A stretch of DNA of 64,000 nt from the NCBI RefSeq assembly GCF_009834535.1, contig NC_045707.1, positions 51,214,001 through 51,278,000 of the forward strand, given 5' to 3'. Shown here piece by piece: positions 52,011-64,000 of the stretch; positions within the stretch are counted from its first letter, which is position 1; each line of letters opens with the position of its first letter. The notes under the pieces were generated by a model. That model saw only the letters and a program-made list of their open reading frames with translations. It searched no databases and had not been told where the DNA came from. The position numbers were made by a program, and so were the translations under genes. Origin of the DNA: Camelus ferus (Eukaryota).

Positions 52011-55000
52011 AATTATTATTTTATTATTATTAGTTTTGCCTATTCAGTTCTTATGTATTTTCCGTAAAATGTAATCCCCGCTACTATACAGCCATCTGAG
52101 TGTCATTAACTATATTATCACCATATTCTAGAAATCTCTTTCTGGATTTTTAGATCTATGATAAACAATTATGTATATTCAGAGAGATGAGGTGGGATGA
52201 AGAGTGAGCAACATTGGGTGCCTCTAGCTTTTTAAAAGTACTTAAAAAACATGTTATGGAACAAGTGTTTTTTGGAACATCCTTTGGAAGATTGTCTTAG
52301 ATGCAATGTCGTGGAATATATTCACATGATTTAAATGATTATACTTACAGGAAAACCTGATATAAGTAAAAAACAGACATGAAACTCAAGTTATGCTTGT
52401 TCCATTAATTGTTTTAAAATATTTGAACTAAATATTTATTCAACTTTTCCTCTTCTAATTTGAATGCTGGAGTCTATAAACGGAAGATTTTGATTTTTAA
52501 AACCGTTGAATGAGAGTGAATTGAGATTTACACACTAAAGGAATGGCAAATGGCAAGTGACTCATGGCGTAGCCTCTATGTAACTAACTGTGAGAAAACT
52601 AGGTTGTCTTATTCCATGGACTGTACAGTAGCTCACATTGTGCTGGGAATTAGCCTACATTAAATCTAGATTACAAGAAGCTTTATATGCTATTAGCAAA
52701 CTGTAGTTATCAATCCTTTCTCTAATGAGAAGTCAGAATAATTGAAAGCAAACTGGACTGATGTGTCTCCAACTCTTAGTACAACTGGTGAACATAGAAG
52801 CAGAAAGTTTATGATGATGGTGATTTTTATAGTTAAGCAATTCTGCCAAATATGCATTATGTTGGGGAAAACGAAAATATTAAATACTTTAGCTCCCTGT
52901 TAGAAGCTAGAAGACTGTTAATTTACCTTCTTTTTGCACAAGGCCACAATTACTCTGAGCTTGAGTCAAGTGTAAATAAGTTATCCCCACATGCCAATAC
53001 CAACCAGAAACCCCTCATACTTCCTCTCGTTTTCTTCACAGGAAATTTAAGGGCACCACATAGTTAAATAAAATAATGTAATCATAGGGGCGAAACATGC
53101 TTCTTCATTTCCCTAAAATAATCATTTCACAGTTTTTACATGTCCCCTAATGTCAGAAGTGCCAAATAGAATTGTATTTCTAATGTCTTCTCTAACTTGC
53201 TAGCCTTGGAACCTTCCTTTTTCTTACCATTAGTCTAAATGGCTTATTTATAGCAAATTAGTCTGCTGTTAGGATTCATCCCAGATCCCCAACAGTTGGA
53301 ACTGTATTTTTCTTTTTTTCTCTCAGATACACATTCTCAGGGCATAGAAAAGACTTGAGAATAGAAATTTGTTTGTATAAAAATTTTCTATTCACCCTTA
53401 TTTACTCATTTTCTTTTTTCCTTCTACAATCTTTGTTTTAAAATGAGCAGTGAAATATTGAAGGCTGGAAAAAAATTTACAGTGAAGTTAAAAAGAGGGA
53501 CATGATTGGTGTGGGGAGTGTGTAGGAGCAGGGAAGACAAGGATGAGAAGGAAATTTCCCCAGTTTTAAGTGTGCTTCCAGGAGCTTTTCCAGCATATGA
53601 AAAATATCTGATTGAGGTTGGCAGTAAAACCAATGAGACAGGAAAAACTGAAAAGAAAATCCTTTTCAAAAAATTGTGAGAAACCTAGATATTAAAATAG
53701 ACACAAATGAATGCAAGAATAAATTGAGTACAAATGAGAATTGAATGGATAGAGAGATGATGAGTCTCAGTGGGGAAGGTTAAAGATATACTCGCATGTT
53801 TTAGACATAAAAATTCAGAAAAGGTAGTCTTAGAGTTTGGGGACCACTATTTCAGCTGAAATTTAAAGGTACCTGAGATGAAGATGTCTATGTATAAAGC
53901 ATATATAGGGAAAAGAATTAGTAACCAAGGACTAGAAATTCATATAAACTTGCTATATCACCTTGAACTGAACAATTAAGACCTAAATACGTTTCTTCTA
54001 AGATAAAGTGGGTTTAATGATAAAATGTTTATTCTCTTACTTTTGCAAAGCACTTTTGCCTTAAAAGCTCTTATATAATGTAACTTACATTTTTAAGCTT
54101 CCAAGCAGCACACAGGGGTTAACAAAGTAGGAGTATGTACACTTTCCCAAGTAATGAGATGGGTAAACTGAGTGACAAGGCTTCTAGAACAAATGAAATT
54201 AGTACAATATAATTAAGCTTGTGATGGAAAGATATATTCAAGAGAGAATGCCAAAGAACACTTCGAATTAAAGGCCTGGAGAAATGGGCCAAGAAATCAG
54301 TAATGGATGAACTTTGAGCCAATGCTCACCAGATGGGAACCATTAGGCATGTTATCGTTACAGATATTTTCTTGAGGAAGAACTAGATCCCTAGACTCTG
54401 AATCAGTTATTTTCCTTAATACAATTACATCTGTCATATCAAGTATTTACACGGAATAAGAAATGATGATTATGACATCCAGCTTCCTAAAGGTAGTGGC
54501 AGCTTCTTAAATCAACATTTCTAAACATTTCTTCTGAAACTATGCATGCAGATCAATGAAAAGAGCAAATAAAATTACCTGCAGTTGATATCGATGGTAT
54601 AAATTAGAACATCAAGACTACTACAAATTTTAAATTATGTGTAGGTAGCAAAATAAATCTGCAGATTCAGCAGATTCATTCTCAGAACACATGACTGTGT
54701 AGGGAGTCAGTCAGAGACTGAGCAGAAAATAGAAAAAATGGATAAGGACCTAATGTTGATAATTACTGATACAATCACACACGTTAAGGGAGAATCAATA
54801 CCCTGAGTAGAGAAATGCTGAGAACAGGTCAGAGACCTCGTTAGTCAGACCTTTGGCGACTGGAGGATAAAAAGGAAAAAGTGTGGAAATACATGGAACC
54901 AGTGGTGGAAGTTTTGAATGAGCACGTCTCCTGGGTGGAGTGGGGAGACTTAGAGTGAGGAGTATGCCTTGGGACCTTATTGGCGAAAGAAAAGGAATCA

Positions 55001-55221
55001 AGTTGTGGAAGGTAAAGATCCTACAGAAACAGACAGAAGAGGATAATCCTGAACTAAAAATTCTGGTAAGCAACCCAAACTTCCAACATTGGCCTAGATA
55101 AACCTATTCCTTTTGTATAGGAAAATATCAGATGAACAGAACTGAATAGAACAGAAAACTGCATACAACATCCATAGAAAGCTACTATTAAAAAGGAAAA
55201 AAAAAAAAAAAAGAAAAATAG

Positions 55222-55445
55222 TGTATTTGTCAGTTCAAGCTATCATGATAAAATACCACAGATAGGTGGCTTAAAAAACAAAAATTAGTTTCTCACATTT
55301 TTGGAGGCTGGAAGTCTGAGATCAGGGTGCCAGTATGGTTGAGTTCTGGTGAGAGCTCTCTTCCTGGCTTGTAGACATCCACCTTCTTACTGTGTGTTCA
55401 CATGGCCTTTCCTCAGGCATGTGGTTGGAGAATGAAAGAGAATGA
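55222..55445 (-). mobile_element. MaLR LTR fragment (MLT1A-like)
   Basis: aaaataccacagataggtggcttaaa...ggaggctggaagtctgagatcagggtgccagtatggttgagttctggtgagagctctcttcctggcttgtaga. Confidence 0.88.
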
Positions 55446-56199
55446 TCACATCTGAGACATATTCTAATAAATGTATTACACTTTAAAGATACCACATCCT
55501 CTGGGCCTCCAAACAAACAAACACATCAAAACATGTCAAAAAACCAAGTCACTTTTAAAGGAAAGAAAAGCAACGTAGTTAATCTCTTGAAGCAAGATAT
55601 AAAACAAGACAACGGGTTTAAAACGTTTTTACAAAGCAGGAAAATTAAGGATTTTGTATCTAACCAAGCTTCTGCTCAGCTTGCCTGGAAAACCACCAGA
55701 GTGCACTGCCTCTGGGAATATGGTATTTATGAACCCTTCCTGAGGAATCTACCACAGGATGGTTTCATCCGCCCAAGTGTTGACTCAGAACTCAGTTACA
55801 AAAAATGATGTTGAATATTGAATATATTTAATTGCAGATCCAAGCCTAAAACAAAGATGGGAACAAGGATGGAAGAAGACTATATAATTACAAAGTAACG
55901 ATAGGCAATTAAAAAGTGGGAGAAGAGTGAAATAAAGTAAAAAGTTGAATAAGCTCATTGATTTCCATGTGAGTATTAGGGGTGTATCAAGAGATATAAT
56001 TACATTGGACAAATGAAATAGTTAAAGTCTAAGTAAGGAAAAATGTAATAAGAGCATTTAAAAAATATTATCATAAAAATAACCATTAAGTATAAAAACA
56101 CAAACTTTCCTGTACATCAAAGGAAATACAAAAGGAGGGCAAAATAAACCACTGGATAGAACAAAGAAGCACAGTACATGTTACATAATACACAGTAAA

Positions 56200-57720
56200 T
56201 ATAATAACATAGTATCTATCATAGAGTTATAGAATATAAAGGTCTTAAGTCACTTATTAAAAGAAAAATTTTCAGATTAGCTCATTTTGAAAACCCAACT
56301 CTGTGGTGAATATGAGATACCTGAAACAAGTGATCAAAAAAAATTATAATAAAAATAGACAAAGGTTTAAAGGGCAACTGCAAATGGCAAGAAGGCAGTG
56401 GTTTTGATTTTAATATTAGGAAGGTAGACACTAGATCAAAAGTCATAAAATAATGACAAAGAAGGGTGTTTAATAATGTTGAGGGTCAAAGTCAACAATA
56501 CAACAGTATTGAATATATAGCAAATAATGCAGCATTTGCTTTTAAAAACATATGGAATGATTTCTAGGATATATTATAAAGTGAAGAAAATAGAGTACAA
56601 AATAGCAAATACAGCTTTGCCTTTTTTGTAAAAGAGTAAGGGAAGTAAGACGTGTATGTGTGCACGTGGGTGCATGTGAATATGTGTGTATGCTTATTTT
56701 TTCAAAAAACACTGAGAACAGAAAGAATAAAAGAGAACTATGGTAACTATATGGGAATTGATTGGAAGGTATAATAGAAATGAAATTTATCTTTCTATTT
56801 TTTACAATATATATTTATATAATTTTATAACATACTTGTATATTTTGTATATAATATTTAATTATATATTTTGACTTGGCTTTTGAAATGCATAAATAAT
56901 TTACATATTTTAAAAATTAAAATGAAATAAGTATAAAAACTTCTACAATTTTTTAAACTTCTATAATTTTTATAAACTTCTATAACAGGAACACATAAAC
57001 CCACATGTGTATCAAACTGTCACTAGCCACATTTAGGAAAAAGAATTATTCAAGGAACTTTTGAACATAGTTCTCTGAACACCCTTAGTGAGTTATAGAC
57101 TTAGGGTAAAAAAGGCAAAAAAAAAAAAAAAAAAGAGCCCAAACCCTATACTTTACGTAATAGGTTTGTTGTTGATAGTTTATTGGTTTAGCAGTTTTGA
57201 AATTATTTTATATGTCCTGAAGGATAAAACAAATAAGTAAATATATTGATGTTGTTGAAAATTAGGGTTCTCACTGTATGGAAAAAAGGACACGGAATCC
57301 ACAGGTAAGGAAAAACCTTGTGGACTATAAATACATAAATATATGTGTATTTCCTAGCTCTGTCCGTGGAACTGGGCCAGAATCAATGATAAGTCATTGA
57401 TTATAAGTCATAGTCCCTAGATCTTGGTTTCTAAATAATATTTCTCTTTAAAAGAAACCAAGGTTCTGTGGAGGAATGGGAGATTCTAGGTTTGTGGCAG
57501 CACGATGACAGTGTGAACCTGGAATATGTTGATGTACCAGAAAGCTGGAGATCAATACTATTGTGCTGAGAAAAGAACATGGGAACAAAATTTTTTTAAA
57601 TTAAAATAGAAGCAGTCTTGAAGGACCTCACATGCTTAAATTTGAGACAATTTAGAATATCAAAAATAATGGCATTAATGTTTTATAAGAATCAATTTTA
57701 AGAAGTCCATGTCCTTTTAC
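56200..57720 (+). mobile_element. Old L1M fragments (endonuclease-domain remnant and L1MC-like 3' UTR)
   Basis: aaacccaactctgtggtg...gacaaagaagggtgtttaataatg resembles the ORF2 endonuclease region; cctagatcttggtttctaaata...aaagaaaccaagg...gaacctggaa is L1MC 3' UTR-like. Confidence 0.65.
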
Positions 57721-57879
57721 TAATTAAAAAGGGACTAAAAATACATAAAAGATTTTAAGATTTTTTTTACAAATAAACTGTGCTAACTACACACTAATCA
57801 GAGCTAATAATATTGTATATATGTGTCACTTCCCTTAAAATTAAAGTTTTGAAAAACTCAATAACCAAATTAGTATAAT

Positions 57880-58330
57880 CATTTATTAATTACCAGTGCA
57901 CTTTTAGTGCTGTTCTAAGTGCTTTTATATGTTTTGTCTTATTCAATTCCCCTAATGCTCCTGAGAGATTATCTTTATTTTATAGAAATGCAAAACCTAT
58001 CTGGAGAATTTAAGAAACTAACCCATGGTCACATGAAAGAGCCAAGTTTTCAACGTAGGTCAATGTATCTCTAAAGTTTGTATCACTATTCTTTGACCTG
58101 CTATTTGTCCAACATATTTTAAGAAAAGTCTCAAGTCACCAGCCCATTTAGTCATCATGGTATTCTATGAGCTGGTCAAGTTGTGAACTATTTATTACCT
58201 TTGCTTTATAAGCAAAGAAGTTGAGATTCACAAATGTTAAATATCTTGATCTAGTTAGTGATACAGCCTTTGAGCTTTTGGATTTAAGCTTTTTGAATCC
58301 TACTCACTACATTTTCATAGTAGCATGCTG
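57880..58330 (-). mobile_element. Two MIR fragments
   Basis: gttctaagtgcttttata...tttattttatagaaatg...acccatggtcaca; attacctttgctttataagcaaagaagttgagattcacaaatgttaa. Confidence 0.65.
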
Positions 58331-58449
58331 CCAAGAAGTTACTATCTTGGGAAGGTTTTGAAACAGAAGAAATGAAATCTTGTTCTGATGAGTAAATGTT
58401 GCATTTTTATGAGTTCTCAAGAGGAAACGCTGAAAGAGCTTTTAGAGAC

Positions 58450-58940
58450 TATAGTAGGTAAAATTTTGGCCCCCAAGAGATGATCACATCCTACTCCCCA
58501 GAATTTATGAATGTGTTAGTTTGCATGGCAAAGGTCAGTCAAAGTTAAAGATAGGATTAAGATTGATAACCATCTGATTTAAAGTTGGGAGATTATACTG
58601 GATTTTCCTGATGGACCCAAAGAAATCAGAAGGGTCCTTAAAAGCAGAAGAGGGAGACCTAAGAGTCACAGTCAGAGACTGATTTAGGATGATAGAAGTA
58701 AGGTCATAGCGGTACCAGGTTGAGAAGGATTTTCTGGCTTAAAAGATGTTTTAAGGGAGCCATGAGTCTTTAGAAACTAAAAAAGGCAAGGAAATAAGAT
58801 CCTTCCTAACACCTTGATTTTAGCCAGGGAGATCCTGTACTAGGCTTCAAACCTCCAGAATTGTAAGACAATACATTGGTGGTGTTTTTAGCCACTCCAT
58901 CTGTAGTGATTTGTTATGGAAGCGATAGGATAGTAACACA
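58450..58940 (+). mobile_element. MaLR solo LTR (MLT1D-like)
   Basis: tggcccccaagagatg...tgcatggcaaagg...gggagattatactgga...gggtccttaaaagcagaagagggag...cctccagaattgtaaga...gatttgttatggaagcgataggatagtaacaca. Confidence 0.88.
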
Positions 58941-61029
58941 GACACAAGGGTTTGAACACAAAGAAGGAAGAAGATGAATAGTAGTGGGTTGTTTTTGGAT
59001 CAGTCTTCATGAGATGGAAATGGATGGATGTACTGATACCATCACTTCTGAGAAGGCTAGAAAGTTACGTCTGAGGTTACAATTTAGGATAGCAGACTGG
59101 GGAATTATAAAACATATCTAGGCTAGGAAGGTATAACTGAATCACAACTCTTCCTCAGTTTCAATAACTTTCTCATTTGCTATCTCATCTTTGGAGAAGA
59201 ATCAAAGCCTTTGTAAAGAAATGTTACTGTGTTGAGAAAAGAACACGAGAACAAAAATTGATTTAAATTAAAATGACTGAGAAATTTTTAAAAGGTGCAT
59301 AGAAGAGCAAGGGGCTTCATCTGATCTCACATTTTTTTCTCAGCTCCTCTGACCTGCTGTGTCTAGTGGGTCATAGAAGACTGTTTAGCGTTCTCTTTTG
59401 TGAATCAGTTTGAAAGAGAAGAACAAATGTGTGCTGTGCCCAAAATTTTCACTAGATCTTTTTAGAGAAACTTTAGAGGCATATGCACAAGAGAAATGGA
59501 GAAATTTTAAGATCATTTGCAAATTGCTAGATAAGATTACATAAGGCTGACCTGCATGTTTCCAGTATGACTGAAGAGAATCATTTGCAGATGAGTAGGT
59601 GATTGATTCTAACGTCTCTCTTTTCACTTTCATGTTACATTCTTCAAAATATGTATTTGTCTTCTCTACCGTGAAATGAATTAAGGGGCTGTAGGTCTAC
59701 AGAACATTGGCATTTTGGATACAACTGTTTTACCATTGCCATAGTGATCATAATGTATTTCCAATTTCAAATATACTTGTGGAAATATATATCAAGGATT
59801 AGTTTCTCTAAAGTTGGAAGAACTGTAGTATTGTAGTCATACTTACATCTGGACATTATTTCCTTTGGGAAAGCTTTAGACTCCTAAACCCTAATTATTG
59901 TAATGACTGAATCTATAATGATGCAGTGTTGCCATAATGTGGATCCAACAGAGACATTAAGGCAAATGAAACACTTAGCCCATCATTATAGAAAAGAACA
60001 ACTAATCCAAACCAAACAGGATGAGCCAGAAACAATTTGATCTGCCAAATAGATAGAACCATAATAGATTGTCTTGAATTTTCACTTATTTCATTTACAT
60101 GAATCAAGCTGTGTTGTGGATGATCTTGATGTTAGATTGGCAAGTATTATCTTAATTGTATAGTAGTAGCAAGCCATATAGTATCTGTACTTTTATTTAG
60201 AGGATCCTGGGTGATATACCAAACCCATCAGAGATTTAGTTTATAGCATTTGCAGTTTCTATCCCACTCTTTAGAATCATGCTACTGCCAACAACTTTTT
60301 CTAACTAATTCACATGAAACTGCAACTCAGGTAATAAACTTTGTGGTTTCACTCAGCCCCAGTACATCAACCAGAACAAAAGTGAATTTTAACTTTATAA
60401 GAAGGATATGTACGTGTAAAAAAAAAATGCTCCTTGGCAAGGCTGGGAAATGGATCATTTTGTGCTATAGCAGTCTTGATTTACAGACTCTCTGGATTTA
60501 TACAACCATGTTTTCTCCAGTCCTTTGTGTGAGAGCACACTATAGCAGCAAAGGACTACTGGGTATAATTCATCAGAAACACAAAAACATGAGCTATGCT
60601 TTGGGTCTCTTAGAAAACTGAATACTAGTTTCTTGGTATAACTAAAAATGTCAGGGCTTTTCTTTTTTTTAATTACCAACTTGTGATCAGAATGTGGCTA
60701 CAATGAAACTTTACTGACTATCTGTCTTCATGTGAGTTTAGTAACTTTATACTCAGTGTCATACTTTTAAACCATAGCTTCATTATATATACAACTGGGT
60801 CTCTGGAGGAATCCTTCTGCTCGACCAAGGTTGATTGCTCCATCATTGTCTATATCACATCCCTTCTCACATTTTGACTTTGCTTCAATAATTATCCTCT
60901 TGTTTCTTATACTGATAGGCTCAAGCTAATCCCATCTTTAAGAAGAAAAATAAAGCCAAAACTTTCACTGGATCAAATCATCCTTTATGAATCCTTTACT
61001 TTTCTTCTTTTCAGAGTTCTATATGTTAT

Positions 61030-61540
61030 ACCTGGGTCTCACACTCAAATGTCTACAGGGGAACTATATTCAATATCTTGTAATAACCTTTAATGAAAAA
61101 GAATATAAAAAATATTTGTATGTATATGCATGACTGGGACATTGTGCTGTACACCAGAAATTGACACATTGTAACTGACTATACTTCATTTAAAAGAAAG
61201 ATAAAGAAAAAAAGATATAAAAAATGTCTGCAGGAAACAGGCTGTTGATAGAAATGAGTGATGTGAAGCCTGGAGGGGAGACAATGGAAGATTGCAGAAT
61301 CAGTGCCTGTCAGCCCCTGCTACGGCTGATTCCTGCCATGCAAAAATTCAGAATCTGATGCCAGAGCCTCATTTTCCAAAAGATTCTGGAAATCTGGAGT
61401 TTATCTAAAATGTCTTAAATGCTAAATGCTACTAACTAATCAAACCAAACCAAACCAAAACAAAAACAAAACACTGCAGGTTTGCTAAAAGATTTCTATG
61501 GGCTGAATTCATCCCATCACTTGCTAGTTTGCAGTCTTGG
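61030..61540. mobile_element. MER102-like hAT-Charlie element, interrupted by L1
   Basis: ctcaaatgtctacagg...aaatgagtga...ggaaatctggagttt...actaat...ctagtttgcagtc. Confidence 0.65.
61060..61221 (+). mobile_element. Young 5'-truncated L1 3' end with A-rich tail and 13-bp TSD
   Basis: gaactatattcaatatcttgtaataacc...ctgtacaccagaaattgacacattgtaactgactatacttca plus A-rich tail; TSD AAATGTCTACAGG (61047) versus AAATGTCTGCAGG (61222). Confidence 0.9.
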
Positions 61541-61869
61541 AAATTATCTTTTTGTCTTACTTCCCTCTCTTCTTACCAATTCTTCAAACCATTATGATGC
61601 AGCTCTACAAAAGTTAAACTGTAAATAAAACATCATGCAAATAACATTCCTCCTACTAAACTCACTTATGAGCTCCTGAATACCAAAATCAATAGCTACC
61701 TCTGTGCAGCACTTGATATTCTAGATCACTCCTTTCTGAAGCATGTTCACCTGCACTGATGTCTCAGGCACTGACAACATTGCTCAAATTGTTCTGGCTT
61801 TGGCTTCCGGGGGGCTTTTCTGTTGACTCCTGTATCCTTTCGACATAATTCCATCAGTTAGGTTTTTTT

Positions 61870-62335
61870 GTTATTTTTATTGAGTACTTCCATACTTTCT
61901 ACCACTACAAGATGCTTCAGGTTCATCTTGTATATTTCCTGCTTCAGTCCTATAATCAGCCATTTCTCAAAGGAAACTCGGTTCATTTTATTGCAAAATG
62001 GTAATAGTAACCAAATCTGGGTACTAGGGGGGCTTGTTTCTACTGAGGTGTCCTTGCTTCTAGGCTCTCTCGGATGACAGAACACAGAAATAAATGTGTA
62101 TACTAACTCGTGTATATACACATATCTATAGTTATTTCTGTATATAACCATCTGTATTTATATTAAAGTAATCATGGTTTCTTACTGATATCTCCAAGTA
62201 TAATCCATTACCATAAGGTTGATGATTCTAGCCTTCTCCCCTTGATTGTCTGTAAATTTCCACCCCAACAGTGAGAAACCTAGCTCCCTACAGCATACTT
62301 GTAAAGCAGTATCAGAATTGTGAGCCCGTACTCCA
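61870..62335 (-). mobile_element. Old L1 (L1MC/L1MD-like) 3' UTR fragment
   Basis: cactacaagatgcttcaggttcatcttgtatatttcctgc...aatcagccatttctcaaagga...tttccaccccaacagtgagaaacctagctcc. Confidence 0.8.
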
Positions 62336-62608
62336 ATTTGTTTCTAACTCCAGCTGCACCCTGACCCCCAGAGGTCTAAGCATCAGATATGTTGGAGTCC
62401 CTCCTTCAAAATCCTAGGTTGGTTTTTTGTTCTATCAATTTTAGGGATGGTATATTTGTCCTGAATTTACTAACATCTGGGTTAACTCTGCATCCTTTTT
62501 TGCTTCCAGCATCAGAGTAACCAATTCCCTGTAGTAAATGCTTTTAGTTTGAAGTCTGTAACATAGTTTCTGTTTTTATGTCTGGACCTTGACTAGTCTA
62601 TGAGCCAA

Positions 62609-62658
62609 ATCTCTCTCTCTCTTTCTCTCTCTCTCTCTTTTTTTTTTTTTTTTTTTTA
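62609..62658. repeat. (CT)n plus poly(T) tract
   Basis: tctctctctctctttctctctctctctc followed by about 21 T. Confidence 0.9.
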
Positions 62659-64000
62659 GCTTAAACCAATTTGGATTATGTTTCTTTTTTCCTGTGGCCA
62701 AAAGAACACTGACTAATATACCATACTACTGCTTCTGCTGTTCTTTCTGCCTGTAATGTTCTCTCATTGCTACATAGAAAATTGTCAATAATTCTTTGAA
62801 ATTCAGTTTAGGTATTATATTTTCTGAGCATCTCTCTCTAACCATGCCCGTGCCCTGGCACTGCACCTATTTTATTGCACCCTTTCAGCCAGAGTTGTGT
62901 ACTTCTTTCTCTGTCTCCCTAGGAAGTCTTCCGAATGTTAAATTTTCTTATTGTATGAGAGTGCATCAGACATCAGATGAATTTTTAATAATTTACAGAT
63001 ACCTCTTTTTCTCTACAGTCCCTTCATGACTTTAAATTATGATGATTTTTAAAAGACTCTGAGGCATTTGTATATTTTATATTTGTATATTTGTGTATTT
63101 TACTTGCTAGAGTTATGTTTCTCATGAACATATATTTAACAAAGCATATTCCACTCATTGCTTAGTTGAGAAGATGTGTCTAGTGTGTCTTTTTCAGTTG
63201 AAGAAAGCTGCAGTGTTCTAAACATTGATATTGAAAACGTTTTCACACTTTCAAAGTATCTGTGTTATCAAAGTTTAAAAGTTTATCTTTTGGTATATGG
63301 GAGCTTATTTCTTTGTTCCAAGAGTTTCTACTAAATCTACTCTTAAGAGCATAGGGTACATGATTTAATTCCCTTTGACTTAACCATACCGTGGATTTTT
63401 ATATGTCATTTCAATTTCCCCTTTATTTCAAAGAACCCCCAAACCATTTCTAGATTTGCTGTTTATAATTCCATATGGAAAACTAATCTGCTAAAGTAGG
63501 TACTATATCCATTTGCGCTTTCAACTACTCTGCTATCTCTATGTTTGCTCTTAAAATGGTCAAGAATAATAGCATGCATCTTATCCTGCATTGAGAATGT
63601 ATTTTATTGAAAGCTTGACCACACATGATTCTTTACATTATCAAGGAAACCTACTGAAAAGCGTATTGGCAAAGGTATGTCAAATGAGATACTTGTTTAT
63701 TCTTCTCTTTTTTTTTAAATTGAAAGATGATGTTATAATTAAACCAGTGTCATTATATACCAGTATAAGATTTCTTGAATTTTATGAATGTAGACCAAAT
63801 TTGGAATGTGGGTCTTCAAATGCTGATGGTGTTTCAGTGATTCGGAAGTTCTGTTGAATGGCTTGGGGTTGTCCTCTGCAGGGTTTCTCAGGGAGTACAT
63901 CACTAGATCTCATCTCTATAAAAGGAAGCCACTGAAGTTGCTCCAGGTGTACCTGTGCTAGAGACACCATCCATCCATCCACCTACTTTCTGAGTACCAG

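Noticed and set aside
56937..56986. Three ~18-bp tandem units (AAACTTCTAYAATTTTT); also a 21-bp duplication at 41500-41542
   Set aside because: Ordinary slippage duplications in AT-rich old L1 sequence; no unique spacers, so not CRISPR-like.

Overview
AT-rich placental-mammal genomic DNA, intergenic or deep intronic. I could not support any protein-coding exon, RNA gene or prokaryotic-type system. Much of the window is recognisable transposable-element debris: MIR, L2, L3/CR1, old L1M, MaLR (MLT1) LTRs, hAT-Charlie and Tigger MITEs, a decayed ERVL provirus (46.9-49.8 kb) and several younger L1 3' ends. Those younger L1 ends, together with the absence of Alu, B1/B2, Bov-tA/BovB, PRE-1, SINEC and ERE elements, suggest a camelid host (inference). 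The most notable locus is 39.6-41.1 kb: the 5' end of an old MER34/MER4-group ERV1 on the minus strand. Its leader is the only CpG-island-like segment in the window (about 58 CpG in about 1.03 kb by hand count) and carries E2F/YY1-like motifs, a good splice donor and the window's longest ORF (133 aa, good Kozak context). It is a candidate exapted retroviral promoter or first exon. Other points of interest are a clean twin-priming L1 inversion (28.9-30.9 kb), nested L1 insertions with target-site duplications (TSDs), several small templated-insertion scars, and a weak P-loop-like peptide at 7.5 kb. Repeat family names come from my recollection of consensus sequences, not from a search, and most boundaries are approximate (tens of bp).
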